From Alphaproteobacteria bacterium (GTDB lineage Bacteria; Pseudomonadota; Alphaproteobacteria; UBA7887): a stretch of DNA of 64,000 bases. The notes below the pieces were generated by a model that saw nothing but the letters and a program-made list of their open reading frames with translations, was not told where the DNA came from and made no database searches. Positions 10,957-20,924 of this stretch are shown here, in pieces (position 1 is the stretch's first letter; every line of letters begins with the position of its first letter). Location of the stretch: NCBI GenBank assembly GCA_965201155.1, contig OZ241752.1, forward strand, positions 1,360,981 to 1,424,980. The letters run 5' to 3'. The position numbers and the translations under genes were made by a program.

Positions 10957-11518
10957 CAGTGCCGGGATCCCCCATCCAGCGCCGGTTGCGGCGAATTTCG
11001 GATACGAAATGCAGCGTACTCATGTCGGTCATGCGCATGGGATAGAGAATCCCGTCGAGATGGTCGCATTCATGCTGCACCACCCGGGCGTGGAAGCCGT
11101 TAACGGCGCGTTCGATCAACGCACCGTCGGGACCGACGGCGTGATACCGCACACGGCGCGGGCGCGGCACAGCCCCGCGCAGGCCGGGTACGGAGAGACA
11201 TCCTTCCCAATCTACCGCGATATCGCTGCCCAGAGGTTCGATGACGGGGTTGATCAACACGGCCAGCGGCGGTTCGCCTGCCGGATCGCCGGGCGGCTCA
11301 TCGGCCGGCGCCTCCGGGTCGCCCGGCATCTCGAAGATGACAACGCGCAGCGGCACATGCACCTGCGGCGCCGCGAGGCCGGCCCCGCCGATATCATCCA
11401 GGGTTTCGCGCATATCCGCGATCAGGCGGTGTATATCGGAATGGGTAGGGTCCTCGACCGGCGTGGCGCGCTGTTCGAGAACCGGATGCCCCATGCGGGC
11501 GATTTTGAGTATGGCCAT
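10943..11518 (-). CDS. def: peptide deformylase
   Basis: GAGLAAPQV, EGCLSVPG and HECDHLDG motifs. Start trimmed to MAILKIARMGHPVL (ATG 11518). Confidence 0.93.
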   Translation of the reverse strand: MAILKIARMGHPVLEQRATPVEDPTHSDIHRLIADMRETLDDIGGAGLAAPQVHVPLRVVIFEMPGDPEAPADEPPGDPAGEPPLAVLINPVIEPLGSDIAVDWEGCLSVPGLRGAVPRPRRVRYHAVGPDGALIERAVNGFHARVVQHECDHLDGILYPMRMTDMSTLHFVSEIRRNRRWMGDPGTDAGG

Positions 11519-11578
11519 GCGCCGTACTATGCGCCGCCCGCAGCGGCCGGTCAAAACGAAACGGGGAGAATCCAGGGG

Positions 11579-11911
11579 ATGATCGCGGTGATTTTCGAGT
11601 TCACGGTCGCGCCGGGCGGGGAAGACGCCTATTTCGGCTGGGCGGAGCGTCTGGCGGCATCGGTGCGGGAGGTTGACGGGTTCCTTTCCGTGGAACGCTT
11701 CGAGAGCCGGACGCGGCCCGGCAGTTTTGTATCCCTGTCATTCTGGCGCGATGAGGCGGCGGTTACCGCATGGCGCGCGCATCCGGTTCACGGCGAGGCG
11801 CAGAATGCGGGCAAGGACGGGGTGTTTTCGTCGTTTCGCCTGCGCGTGGCGCAGGTCTCGCGGGAGATCGCCTTTTCAGCGGCGGAGGGGCGGCGGGCGC
11901 GTGCATTGTAA
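11579..11911 (+). CDS. antibiotic-biosynthesis-monooxygenase (ABM) domain protein
   Basis: Only the last 110 aa of track ORF 10532..11911 look real: MIAVIFEFTVAPG..GFLSVERFES..SLSFWRDEAAVTAWR. Confidence 0.75.
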   Translation: MIAVIFEFTVAPGGEDAYFGWAERLAASVREVDGFLSVERFESRTRPGSFVSLSFWRDEAAVTAWRAHPVHGEAQNAGKDGVFSSFRLRVAQVSREIAFSAAEGRRARAL

Positions 11912-11940
11912 CGGCCCGGAACCGGGCCAGACGTAGAAGT

Positions 11941-11966
11941 GGCTGCCGCGCCACAGCGCGGCAGCC
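11941..11966. terminator. perfect 10-bp stem / 6-nt loop hairpin between convergent genes
   Basis: GGCTGCCGCG-ccacag-CGCGGCAGCC lies between the ABM gene end (11911) and the small-peptide gene end (11999). No U-tract on either side. Confidence 0.4.
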
Positions 11967-11998
11967 ACGAGTATCAGCCTGGAATGAGGCTCGCTAGC

Positions 11999-12130
11999 CT
12001 ATTCGCCTTCTTCCGCAGCTGCGCAACAACCACCTTCGTCCGCGAAGGTCGGGCCAACGACGCCCATGGTGGCGACGACGGCGAGGGGAAGGACGGTCGA
12101 GGTCAGCAGACGGCTGCGAGTTTTGCTCAT
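11999..12130 (-). CDS. 43-aa predicted exported peptide with vicinal Cys pair
   Basis: Below the ORF-track size cutoff. ATG 12130 is preceded by AAGGGAG at about 8 nt. Translation is MSKTRSRLLTSTVLPLAVVATMGVVGPTFA|DEGGCCAAAEEGE, a Sec-type signal followed by a 13-aa acidic tail. Confidence 0.5.
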   Translation of the reverse strand: MSKTRSRLLTSTVLPLAVVATMGVVGPTFADEGGCCAAAEEGE

Positions 12131-12211
12131 AACGATACTCCCTTGTTGCAGTGACTTGAATGGCTACCTATATGCCGCACAGGCATCAGGGTGTCAAGCA
12201 CAGGCTGAAAA

Positions 12212-12982
12212 ATGGATATCGATGCGCTCAGGGAACGTCTCATTCGGCGCGAGGAAGCACCGGTGCGAAAGCCGCTATGGGCGGTGCCAGCGCACCGCGC
12301 AACAAAGATGGCAGCCGCCGGCCGCGCCGTAAACGAAAGCCTGGAGGCGCTGGCCCAAGACAATACGACTCCCGTCACTGCCGTGATGAAGGCAAAATCC
12401 GGTCCAGAACAGTGGATGCACTATCCCGAGGGAGACATTCGCGACCGGAAAACTTTCGCTCAATATTATTTTCATTCTCACCCGACGCAGTTGCGCGGCG
12501 GTGAATACGGACATTTTCATACATTCATTCGCGCCCGCGGCATTCCTGAAGGAGTAGCACCGGCTGCCTTGCCCCCGGAAATCGAGCGCCCCATGGGGCG
12601 GAAGGCCATTTGCCACCTTGTTGGCATCTCGATGGACCGCAGCGGCGAGGCCAAACAACTCTTCACTGTAAACCGTTGGGTGACCAAGGAAAGTTGGTAT
12701 TCCGCCGCCGATACGATCGCTTTGCTGGACAGATTCGAGGTATCCGAGACCGCTGCGAATCAACCCGCGAATCGCTGGATAACCGGGATGCTGCGTCTGT
12801 TCCGACCTCAGATCGAATGGCTGCTCAACGAGCGTGATTCTGCCATTCGCGTATGGCAGGCCGGCAATCCCGATGCCGAAAAACCCGTATGGGAGGACCG
12901 CCGGCTGGAAGTGACTTCGGTTGTCGATATTTCGGTTCCTGCGCAAATTCGCCTCGTGGAGGCGGCAGCGGCGCGCGCCTAG
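12212..12982 (+). CDS. conserved hypothetical protein with His-rich motif
   Basis: 256-aa ORF with coding-like composition and motif YYFHSHP..GEYGHFHTF. I cannot name the family with confidence. Confidence 0.6.
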   Translation: MDIDALRERLIRREEAPVRKPLWAVPAHRATKMAAAGRAVNESLEALAQDNTTPVTAVMKAKSGPEQWMHYPEGDIRDRKTFAQYYFHSHPTQLRGGEYGHFHTFIRARGIPEGVAPAALPPEIERPMGRKAICHLVGISMDRSGEAKQLFTVNRWVTKESWYSAADTIALLDRFEVSETAANQPANRWITGMLRLFRPQIEWLLNERDSAIRVWQAGNPDAEKPVWEDRRLEVTSVVDISVPAQIRLVEAAAARA

Positions 12983-13027
12983 TTCCGGCCACCCGATCTT
13001 GCCGGGGCACGGGCGCGGCGCGTATGA

Positions 13028-13999
13028 ATGCCCCTGATGATCAGCCCCGCCGTTCCGCTCCCGCGCGCTTTCACGCGCCGCCATCTGCTCGGCATTGCCG
13101 GCATGAGCGCGGCTGAGATCACGACGCTTCTCGACCGTGCCGACCGCTATGTGACGCTGCATCGCGAAGGCCGCAAGAGCGCCGCTCTCCACGGGCGCAC
13201 GCTCATCAACCTCTTTTTCGAGACATCCACGCGCACGCGCACATCCTTTGAACTGGCGGGGAAACGGCTGGGCGCGGACGTCATCAACATGCAGGCGCAG
13301 ACAAGCGCCATCAAGAAGGGCGAAACGCTGATCGATACCGCCATGACGCTGAACGCCATGCGCCCGGACGCGCTGGCGGTGCGGCATCCGGATTCCGGCG
13401 CGGTCAAGCTGTTGAGCGAGAAAGTGGCGTGCGCGGTCATCAATGCCGGCGACGGCAGCCATGAACACCCCACCCAGGCGCTGCTGGACGCCCTGACCGT
13501 GCGCCGGCGCGTCGGCCGCATCGCCAGCCTGCGCGTGGCCATCTGCGGCGATATTCGCCACAGCCGCGTGGCGCGGTCCAACATCTATCTTCTCAGCACA
13601 CTCGGCGCGCGGGTGCGTCTGATCGCCCCGCCGACCTTGCTGCCGGCGGCGGCCTCGCGCCTCGGCGTCGAAGTGTTTCACGACATGGCCGCAGGTCTTG
13701 AAGACTGCGACGTGGTGATGATGCTGCGCCTGCAGGGCGAGCGCATGCAGGGAACCTATGTGCCTTCGGTGCGCGAGTATTTTCATTTCTGGGGGCTCGA
13801 CGAGGCGAAGCTTGCACGCGCCCGGCCCGACGCCCTCGTGATGCACCCCGGACCCATGAATCGCGGCGTCGAGATCGACAGCGAAATCGCCGACAATGTC
13901 ACACGCAGCGTCATTCTCGATCAGGTGGAACTTGGCGTCGCCGTGCGCATGGCGTGCCTTGAGGCGCTGCTCTCCGGCGCTGCTGCTCCGGTCGACTGA
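13028..13999 (+). CDS. pyrB: aspartate carbamoyltransferase catalytic subunit
   Basis: [15 protein letters not shown] and HPTQALLD motifs. Confidence 0.95.
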   Translation: MPLMISPAVPLPRAFTRRHLLGIAGMSAAEITTLLDRADRYVTLHREGRKSAALHGRTLINLFFETSTRTRTSFELAGKRLGADVINMQAQTSAIKKGETLIDTAMTLNAMRPDALAVRHPDSGAVKLLSEKVACAVINAGDGSHEHPTQALLDALTVRRRVGRIASLRVAICGDIRHSRVARSNIYLLSTLGARVRLIAPPTLLPAAASRLGVEVFHDMAAGLEDCDVVMMLRLQGERMQGTYVPSVREYFHFWGLDEAKLARARPDALVMHPGPMNRGVEIDSEIADNVTRSVILDQVELGVAVRMACLEALLSGAAAPVD

Positions 14000-14001
14000 C
14001 C

Positions 14002-15309
14002 ATGCCCGCCCCGGGACGCACCGCCTATATCAATGCCCGCCTTGTCGATCCGGCCAGCGGCCTGGACAGCCAGGGCGCACTGCTGACCGAAGGACGCCGG
14101 ATTGCCGATCTCGGCCCGTGCCTGTTTGCCGACGGCGTGCCGGACGGCATTACCGTGGTGGATTGCGAAGGTCACTGCCTGGCCCCCGGGCTGGTCGATA
14201 TGCGGGCGCATCTGCGCGAGCCGGGCGCCGAGCACAAGGAAACGCTGGCGAGCGCCAGCCGCGCCGCCGCGGCAGGCGGGGTGACGAGCATCGCGTGCAT
14301 GCCCAATACGGATCCGCCGATCGACCAGACCGCGTTGATCGAATTCATCGCCCGCCGCGCGCGCGAGACCAGCCTCGTCAAGATCTACCCCGTCGCGGCA
14401 ATCACCCGCGGCCGCGAGGGACGTGAACTCACGGAAATCGGCCTCCTGAAACAGGCCGGCGCAGTGGGGTTCTCGGACGCCGACCGCGCGCTCATGGACA
14501 GCCGCATCATGATGCGCGCGCTGACCTACGGCGCTGCCGTGGGCGCCTTGATCATGCAACACCCCGAAGACCATTCGCTGACCGCCGGCGGCGTGATGAA
14601 CGACGGTGAACTGGCCACACGGCTCGGCCTTGCCGGCATGCCTGCTGTCGCCGAAGCGATCATCGTGGAACGGGACCTGCTGCTCGCCGAGACCGCCGGC
14701 GCACGCTACCATGTGGCACATCTTTCGACCGCCGGCGCGGTCGACGCCGTGCGGCGGGCAAAGGCGCGCGGCGTGCCGGTGACATGCGCCACCGCTCCGC
14801 ATTATTTCACCCTGAACGAAAATGCGGTGGCCGACTACCGCACCTTTGCCAAGGTGCGCCCGCCGCTGCGCAGCGAAGCCGACCGGCTGGCGATTGTCGA
14901 AGGGCTGGCGGACGGCACCATCGACGCCATTGTCAGCGACCATGCGCCCCACGACCAGGACTCGAAACGCACGACCTTCGCCCAGGCCGAGTTCGGCATA
15001 TTGGGCCTGGAAACCATGCTGTCCCTGTCATTGGTGCTGCTGCATGAGGGACATATGGACATGGCGTCGCTGCTCGCCAGAATGACCTGCGCGCCAGCGC
15101 GCCTGCTGGGGCTGGAACAGGGCGCCCTCATGCGCGGCGCACCCGCAGACCTCGCGGTGATCGACCCTGACCGCCCATGGGTGATTGAACCCGCCCGCCT
15201 GCTCTCCAAATCGAAGAACGCCCCCTATGAGCGCCATACGGTGCAGGGACGCGCGGTGCGCACCATTGTCGGCGGCGAAACCGTCTATCCGTTCCCGGAG
15301 GCCGCGTGA
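14002..15309 (+). CDS. pyrC: dihydroorotase / dihydroorotase-like (amidohydrolase) protein
   Basis: Amidohydrolase fold (DMRAHLREPG.., HVAHLST, SDHAPH), adjacent to pyrB. Confidence 0.9.
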   Translation: MPAPGRTAYINARLVDPASGLDSQGALLTEGRRIADLGPCLFADGVPDGITVVDCEGHCLAPGLVDMRAHLREPGAEHKETLASASRAAAAGGVTSIACMPNTDPPIDQTALIEFIARRARETSLVKIYPVAAITRGREGRELTEIGLLKQAGAVGFSDADRALMDSRIMMRALTYGAAVGALIMQHPEDHSLTAGGVMNDGELATRLGLAGMPAVAEAIIVERDLLLAETAGARYHVAHLSTAGAVDAVRRAKARGVPVTCATAPHYFTLNENAVADYRTFAKVRPPLRSEADRLAIVEGLADGTIDAIVSDHAPHDQDSKRTTFAQAEFGILGLETMLSLSLVLLHEGHMDMASLLARMTCAPARLLGLEQGALMRGAPADLAVIDPDRPWVIEPARLLSKSKNAPYERHTVQGRAVRTIVGGETVYPFPEAA

Positions 15310-15974
15310 TGCCCGACCCGCTCGGCGGATTTTCCTACACTTGGCCGCTTTACGCCGCCAGCATGGCCGCCTTTCTGCTCGGTTCCATACCGTTCGGGCT
15401 GCTGCTCACGCGCCTTGCCGGCACCACCGACCTGCGCAGCGTCGGCTCAGGCAATATCGGCGCGACAAATGTCCTGCGCACCGGTCGCAAGGGACTGGCC
15501 CTGCTGACCCTGTTGCTGGACGGCGGCAAGGGGGCGGCGGCCGTGTTCGTGGCCGGTTATTACGGCCCTGATCTTCAGGCGGTGGCAGGCACGGCCGTGG
15601 TGCTCGGCCATATGTTTCCGCCCTGGCTGATGTTTCGCGGCGGCAAGGGCGTGGCGACGCTGTTCGGGGTGTTGTTCGTGGTGAGCTGGCCGGCGGGGCT
15701 GGCCGCCGGCGCGGTATGGCTGGCGGCCGCCGCGGTGTGGCGCTATTCGTCGCTCGCCGCCATTCTGGCGATGATGGCCGCGCCGGCGGCGTTCCTGACC
15801 ATGCTGGAAGGCCAGTTCGCCGGCTGGCTGCCCGCTTGGCTGCCGGGCGAGCCGCAACAAATGCAGATGACGACGCTGCTGGCGGTGATCGTGATCCTCC
15901 GCCATCACGCCAATATCCGGCGGCTCCTTGCGGGCGAGGAGCCGCGTATCGGCGGCGCGCCGCCGGCGTCCTGA
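15306..15974 (+). CDS. plsY: glycerol-3-phosphate acyltransferase PlsY
   Basis: GSIPFGLLL..SVGSGNIGATNVLRTGRKGLALLTLLLDGGKG. The start overlaps the pyrC stop in an ATGA arrangement. Confidence 0.93.
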   Translation: MMPDPLGGFSYTWPLYAASMAAFLLGSIPFGLLLTRLAGTTDLRSVGSGNIGATNVLRTGRKGLALLTLLLDGGKGAAAVFVAGYYGPDLQAVAGTAVVLGHMFPPWLMFRGGKGVATLFGVLFVVSWPAGLAAGAVWLAAAAVWRYSSLAAILAMMAAPAAFLTMLEGQFAGWLPAWLPGEPQQMQMTTLLAVIVILRHHANIRRLLAGEEPRIGGAPPAS

Positions 15975-15980
15975 CCGCGC

Positions 15981-16358
15981 TCAGGCGGTGCCGCCGCCCG
16001 CTTCGTCGCCGATGAAGCGGTTGGGGCGCAGGAAAATGGAAAGCGCGACTCCGCCGTCGGGCGACCAGGCGTCATGGCGGCTGCCGGCCGGCCGCCAGAC
16101 AAACTGCCCGGCCTGCGCCATGCCTTCCTCATCCTGCAGGCTGCCCTCCAGCATGTAGGTCTGTTCGATGTCCTCATGCACATGGTCGGGCAGGCGCGCG
16201 CCGGGTTCGAATTTGAACAGCGCCGTGAGCAGCCCCCGTTCGTCGTCACGCATCAGCACCTTGGCGGAAATGCCGGGAAACCGCGTCGGCGTCCAGTCGA
16301 GCGCGGATGTATCAATATAGCACGAGGCAAGGTCGGCCGCGCCGGTTGCGTCGGGCAT
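15981..16358 (-). CDS. cupin-domain protein (ChrR-like cupin)
   Basis: FEPGARLPDHVHEDIEQTYMLEGSL..WRPAGSRHDAWS. ATG 16358 is preceded by CAGGAGG. The track ORF is over-extended to 16607. Confidence 0.7.
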   Translation of the reverse strand: MPDATGAADLASCYIDTSALDWTPTRFPGISAKVLMRDDERGLLTALFKFEPGARLPDHVHEDIEQTYMLEGSLQDEEGMAQAGQFVWRPAGSRHDAWSPDGGVALSIFLRPNRFIGDEAGGGTA

Positions 16359-16530
16359 GAAAGCCTCCTGTCTTCGGTGATTCTGCCCCGAAGACTGCGA
16401 AACCCGGAGCTTGCTTGTCAAATCCCCGCAACAAGTGATTGCTCTCGCCTGCATGGAGGCGGAAACTGGACGTGCGCCGTGATTTCGCGCTATGGATTGC
16501 GCCGCAGCATCGCTTGGGCGGGATTTGCAA

Positions 16531-16893
16531 ATGGGCGCAGACACGGTAACGCGGCTCTTCACATGGTTTCGCGGTGCGCGCGTAGGCGCGGACGAAGCCG
16601 GAAACATATATTACCGCGAGAGGAAGCCCCCGCGCGGGCGGCGTGAACGGCGCTGGGTCGTGTATGCCGGCGAGGTGGAGGCGTCCGCAGTGCCGCCGGA
16701 CTGGCAGGGGTGGCTGAACCATACCCGGGAGGCGTCCCCCGCCGAGGCGCCGAGCCTGAAGCGCCCCTGGCAGAAGCCGCATGAACCGAACCGCACCGGC
16801 ACCCCCGCAGCGTGGCGGCCGCCGGGAGCGCTGCTGAGCGGAAGGGAGCGGGACCGCGCGACCGGCGATTACGAGGCCTGGACGCCGGACTAG
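16531..16893 (+). CDS. NDUFA12 (complex I B17.2)-like protein
   Basis: GADEAGNIYYRER..RRWVVYAGEVEASAVPPDWQGWLNHT. Confidence 0.8.
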   Translation: MGADTVTRLFTWFRGARVGADEAGNIYYRERKPPRGRRERRWVVYAGEVEASAVPPDWQGWLNHTREASPAEAPSLKRPWQKPHEPNRTGTPAAWRPPGALLSGRERDRATGDYEAWTPD

Positions 16894-16901
16894 AAACCGC
16901 A

Positions 16902-17540
16902 ATGCTGGAAGCACGGGGCATTCGCCATGGCTATGGCGGCGAGGTCGTTGTTTCGGTCGAGAAATGGGCCGCCGAGCCGGGCGAGCAATGGCTGATCTCC
17001 GGCCCCTCGGGCTGCGGCAAGACCACCCTGCTTCACATACTGGCCGGCCTGCTGCGCGCCGCCGCCGGCGAAGTGCGCATCGGCGGTACGGCACTGTCCT
17101 CGCTGTCCGGCGCCGCGCTGGACCGGTTTCGCGGCCGCCATGTCGGCATCGTGTTTCAGCAGCTCCACCTTATTGAGGCGCTGACGGTGCAGCAGAATCT
17201 CATGCTGGCGCAGTCGCTGGCGGGGCTGGATGCGGCGCCGGCGCGGGTGGAGGAAATGCTTGCCGGGCTCGGCCTTGCCGACAAGCTCCGGGCGCGCCCC
17301 CATACGCTCAGCCGCGGTCAGGCGCAGCGGGTGGCGCTGGCCCGCGCCCTGATCAACCGCCCGGCGATCCTGCTTGCCGATGAACCCACATCCAGCCTTG
17401 ACGACGCCAATGCCGAGCAGGCCATTGCGCTGTTGCGCGACCGCGCGGCGGTGCACGGCGCTGTGCTGGTGGTGGCGAGTCATGACCGCCGCCTGCGCGG
17501 CCTCTTCGCGCAGCGGCTCGACCTGACGCGCGCGGCATGA
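16902..17540 (+). CDS. ABC transporter ATP-binding protein (LolD/FtsE-like)
   Basis: Walker A GPSGCGKTT, signature LSRGQAQRVALARAL and Walker B ILLADEPTS. Confidence 0.9.
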   Translation: MLEARGIRHGYGGEVVVSVEKWAAEPGEQWLISGPSGCGKTTLLHILAGLLRAAAGEVRIGGTALSSLSGAALDRFRGRHVGIVFQQLHLIEALTVQQNLMLAQSLAGLDAAPARVEEMLAGLGLADKLRARPHTLSRGQAQRVALARALINRPAILLADEPTSSLDDANAEQAIALLRDRAAVHGAVLVVASHDRRLRGLFAQRLDLTRAA

Positions 17541-18808
17541 ACGCGCTCGCATTGTCGCTTGCCTATCTGCGCCGGCGCCCGCTGACAACGGCGCTGAATC
17601 TGGCGCTGCTGGCGATCGGCGTCGGCACCATCGCGCTGTTGCTGCTGTTCGCCGACCAGTTGCGCAGCACGCTGGAGCGTGACGCGCGCGGCATAGACAT
17701 GGTGGTGGGCGCCAAGGGCAGCCCCATGCAGCTGATCCTCTCCAGCGTGTTTCATGTCGATATCCCGACCGGCAATATCCGCCTCGGCGACGCCCGCGAA
17801 CTCGCGGTAAATCCCATGGTGCGGGCGGTGTTTCCCCTCGGCCTAGGCGACACGTTTCGCGGCTGGCGCATCGTCGGCGCCGAACATGCCTTTGTCGAAC
17901 TGTTCGACGCGGAACTGGCTCAGGGCGCCCTGTGGCAGGCGCCTCTGGAAGCCACCGCAGGCGCACTTGCGGCGGAGGCCGCCGGTCTTGAAGTCGGTGC
18001 GCAATTCGTCGGTTCGCACGGCATGGCCGGAGGCGGCGCCGCGCATGAGGAAACACCCTTTCGCGTGGTCGGCGTGTTACGGAAAACCGGCACGGTGCTC
18101 GATCGCCTGATCCTCACCTCCATGGAGAGCGTGTGGGCCGTGCACGAGCCCCACGCCCCAGCCGACGCTCCCGGCGAATCCGGCCATGATGATCACGAAA
18201 ATGAACAAGACACCGCTGCCGTGCCGGGGGCAGGCGGCCTGCTCCTGCCGCATGACGATGCCGACCGCGAAATCACGGCGCTTCTGGTTCAGTTCCGCAA
18301 TCCGATCGCCGCCGCCATCCTGCCTCGCCTGGTCAATATGAACACCCCCATGCAGGCCGCCCTGCCCGGTTTCGAGCTTGCGCGCCTCATGCGCATGATC
18401 GGCCTTGGAATTGACGGCTTTCGTGCCTTTGCGTGGGTATTGGTCGTCAGCGCGGGCCTCGGAATCTTCGCCGCCCTGTCGCAGGCTCTGGCGCAGCGGC
18501 GTTACGACATTGCGGTGATGCGGGCGCTGGGGGCGGCGCGCGGCGCCATCCTGCGCCAGATACTTCTTGAAGGCGCCTTGCTGGCGGGCGCCGGCGCCGT
18601 ATTGGGTCTTGTGCTCGGACATGCGGCGGCGGAAATCGCCGGCGGCTGGCTGTGGCGGGAATATCAGACGCCGCTGGAGGGCCTGGCTTGGGCAGAAGGC
18701 GAAATCTGGCTGTTGCCGGGAGCGCTGGCGCTCGGCATCGCCGCTGCGATTATTCCCGCCTGGCATGGTTTCCGAATGGATATTTCCGCGGTGCTGGCGC
18801 GCGGCTGA
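17537..18808 (+). CDS. ABC transporter permease, FtsX/MacB-like
   Basis: N-terminal TM helix, a large extracytoplasmic domain and a C-terminal FtsX-type 3-TM bundle. The start overlaps the stop of the ATPase gene. Confidence 0.85.
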   Translation: MNALALSLAYLRRRPLTTALNLALLAIGVGTIALLLLFADQLRSTLERDARGIDMVVGAKGSPMQLILSSVFHVDIPTGNIRLGDARELAVNPMVRAVFPLGLGDTFRGWRIVGAEHAFVELFDAELAQGALWQAPLEATAGALAAEAAGLEVGAQFVGSHGMAGGGAAHEETPFRVVGVLRKTGTVLDRLILTSMESVWAVHEPHAPADAPGESGHDDHENEQDTAAVPGAGGLLLPHDDADREITALLVQFRNPIAAAILPRLVNMNTPMQAALPGFELARLMRMIGLGIDGFRAFAWVLVVSAGLGIFAALSQALAQRRYDIAVMRALGAARGAILRQILLEGALLAGAGAVLGLVLGHAAAEIAGGWLWREYQTPLEGLAWAEGEIWLLPGALALGIAAAIIPAWHGFRMDISAVLARG

Positions 18809-18913
18809 GGCGCACCCGCACGCATAACGGGTTGAAATCGCGCTTGCCACTTCCGATAGTGTAGACATGACACACTGCACTCCCGTGATGGTGGCAGCAG
18901 CGCGGAGGCCGGC

Positions 18914-19369
18914 ATGAAACGCAACATTGTCGAGACGCTGATCGGCGCGGTCGTCCTGGTCGTTGCCGGCGGGTTTTTCCTCTTTGCCTATTCCCGTGCC
19001 GATGTCGGCGCAGCCGCCGGCTATCCCGTGCATGCCGAGTTCTCCGCCGTCGGCGGGCTGACGGAAGGCGCCGATGTGCGCATCAGCGGCATCAAGGTGG
19101 GCACCGTCTCACGCCTCGCGCTGAACCCGGAAACCTTCCTCGCGCGCGTGACGATGACCATCCAGGACGATGTGGAACTGACCTCCGACACGGCGGCGCT
19201 GATCAGTATCGAGGGACTGCTGGGCGGCGCCTACGTCTCGCTTGAACCGGGCGGCGAACTCGATACCATTCCGCCCGATGGCAACATTCTCTTTGCCCAG
19301 GCGGCCCCCGACATCATCAGCCTGATGTCGCAGCTTGTCTTCAGCAGCGCGGGAGGGCCGGGCCAATGA
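18914..19369 (+). CDS. mlaD: MCE-domain outer-membrane lipid asymmetry protein MlaD
   Basis: MKRNIVETLIGAVVLVVAGGF..GLTEGADVRISGIKVGTV. Confidence 0.85.
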   Translation: MKRNIVETLIGAVVLVVAGGFFLFAYSRADVGAAAGYPVHAEFSAVGGLTEGADVRISGIKVGTVSRLALNPETFLARVTMTIQDDVELTSDTAALISIEGLLGGAYVSLEPGGELDTIPPDGNILFAQAAPDIISLMSQLVFSSAGGPGQ

Positions 19370-19608
19370 CCGCCTTGTCCGGCGGGCGCAAGGACCCGCC
19401 CGCAGTGCCGCCCGTCTGGCGCACGCCCGAGGGCACGCCGGTCGCCTGCGTCGAGAAGATCAAGGTTCTCAACGAGAACATCACCGAAATTCGCGAAATG
19501 TGCCGGGACGCGCTGGAAGACGCCGTGCTGATGGGCTGCGACGAACAGCAGATTCGCGCCGTGCTGCTCGAACTGGTGCGGTCCCTGGAAGAACCCTTCA
19601 AGGATTGA
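19366..19608 (+). CDS. hypothetical small protein
   Basis: 80-aa ORF whose start overlaps the mlaD stop (ATGA). Composition is coding-like; no family recognised. Confidence 0.45.
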   Translation: MTALSGGRKDPPAVPPVWRTPEGTPVACVEKIKVLNENITEIREMCRDALEDAVLMGCDEQQIRAVLLELVRSLEEPFKD

Positions 19609-19643
19609 ACCTGCGCGCGCGTCAAGCGTCCGCCGGTCTGGGC

Positions 19644-20084
19644 ATGAGAGGGGCAGCCATTCTTCTGGCGGCGGGGCTGGCCACCGCCGCCGCAGCGGCC
19701 GACGACCCCTTTGCGGACCGCTGGGACTCGATGAGCGCAGCGCGCCTCGAAGCCCTCGACAAGGTCACCGGGCGCGTGTCCATGGTGGAACTGCCGCTGG
19801 AGGAGCGGGCGCGGTTCGGCACGCTGCTGATTCAGGTTTTCGCCTGCCATCGCCGTCCGCCCGAATTTCCGCCCGATGCGGCGGCGCTGCTGGAGATTGT
19901 CGAGCAACGCCGCGATGACACGCCGATACAGCCGCTGTTCCGCGGCTGGATGTTTGCGTCGAGCCCCAGCCTGTCGGCGCTGGAACACCCGGTTTATGAT
20001 GTGATCGTGCGCGACTGTGTGGTGCTGCCGGAGGCCAGAAGCGGCAGCCACGCTGAAGGCGGGGCGGATTCCGACAGCGAATAG
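19644..20084 (+). CDS. DUF2155 domain protein
   Basis: Signal peptide [18 protein letters not shown], then ..[46 protein letters not shown]. This is the typical neighbour of NDUFA12-like and mlaD genes. Confidence 0.75.
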   Translation: MRGAAILLAAGLATAAAAADDPFADRWDSMSAARLEALDKVTGRVSMVELPLEERARFGTLLIQVFACHRRPPEFPPDAAALLEIVEQRRDDTPIQPLFRGWMFASSPSLSALEHPVYDVIVRDCVVLPEARSGSHAEGGADSDSE

Positions 20085-20668
20085 AAGTCGCCGCGCACCT
20101 GCAATGCCAGCGCAAGGCGGCGGGAATAAGCGTTGCGCGAGATTTCAACCGCCCCGAACTGCGCGAGATGCGCCGTGTGGAACTGTGTATCAAGCAGTTG
20201 AAACCCGCCGGCGGCCAGCCGGGCGACCAGGTGCGCCAGCGCTACCTTGCTGGCGTCGCGGGCGCGGCTGAACATGCTTTCGCCGAAAAACGCGCCGCCC
20301 AGCGTAACCCCGTACAGCCCGCCGACAAGGCTGTCGCCGCGCCAGCACTCCACCGAATGCGCGTGGCCCAGCCGGAACAGGTCTTTGTAAAGCCGTTCCA
20401 GCGGACGGTTGATCCATGTGTCCTCGCGCCCTGGCGCCGGTTCGGCGCAGGCGCGTACCACGCCGGCAAAATCCCTGTCGATGCGAATGTCATAGCCCCC
20501 GCGCCGCACCGTCTTCGCCAGCGAGCGCGGCAGGTGAAAGCGCTCGAGCGGCAATATGCCGCGCTGTTCCGGGTGAACCCAGTAGATGGTGGGATTGCCG
20601 CGCTTGTCCCCCATGGGAAACACCCCCACCGCATAGGCCCGCAACAGCGTTTCGGCCGTGATACGCAA
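19994..20668 (-). CDS. aat: leucyl/phenylalanyl-tRNA--protein transferase
   Basis: [43 protein letters not shown]. Confidence 0.93.
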   Translation of the reverse strand: MRITAETLLRAYAVGVFPMGDKRGNPTIYWVHPEQRGILPLERFHLPRSLAKTVRRGGYDIRIDRDFAGVVRACAEPAPGREDTWINRPLERLYKDLFRLGHAHSVECWRGDSLVGGLYGVTLGGAFFGESMFSRARDASKVALAHLVARLAAGGFQLLDTQFHTAHLAQFGAVEISRNAYSRRLALALQVRGDFYSLSESAPPSAWLPLLASGSTTQSRTITS

Positions 20669-20924
20669 TCCGCACGCCCTCCCGTTCCCTGCGGCTGTTC
20701 CGGCCGCACCGCATCAGAATACCCGCAAGTCCGGCGCCATGAAGGCCGCCGGCTGCCGCGCCGGGGAGGTAGGACGATGACCGGACCGGGGCTGTCGCCG
20801 CGACCGGAGGCTGGGGCGGCATCGGGCGGGCTGTCTTTCATTTTTCTTCCTCTTCGGAAGGAAACAATTTGACAAGCCGCGAACACGCCGTAGGTTCCAC
20901 GGCGTTCTGTCACAACATATTCAT

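Noticed and set aside
10532-11578. First 349 aa of the 459-aa + ORF 10532..11911
   Set aside because: It is antisense to the COQ9-like gene and def. Only the last 110 aa (the ABM domain, from ATG 11579) look real.
20869-20896. Sigma70-like TTGACA-N16-TAGGTT reading into the IS5 left end
   Set aside because: It is a plausible promoter, but the single-match consensus is unverifiable without transcript data, and the alphaproteobacterial -10 consensus differs.
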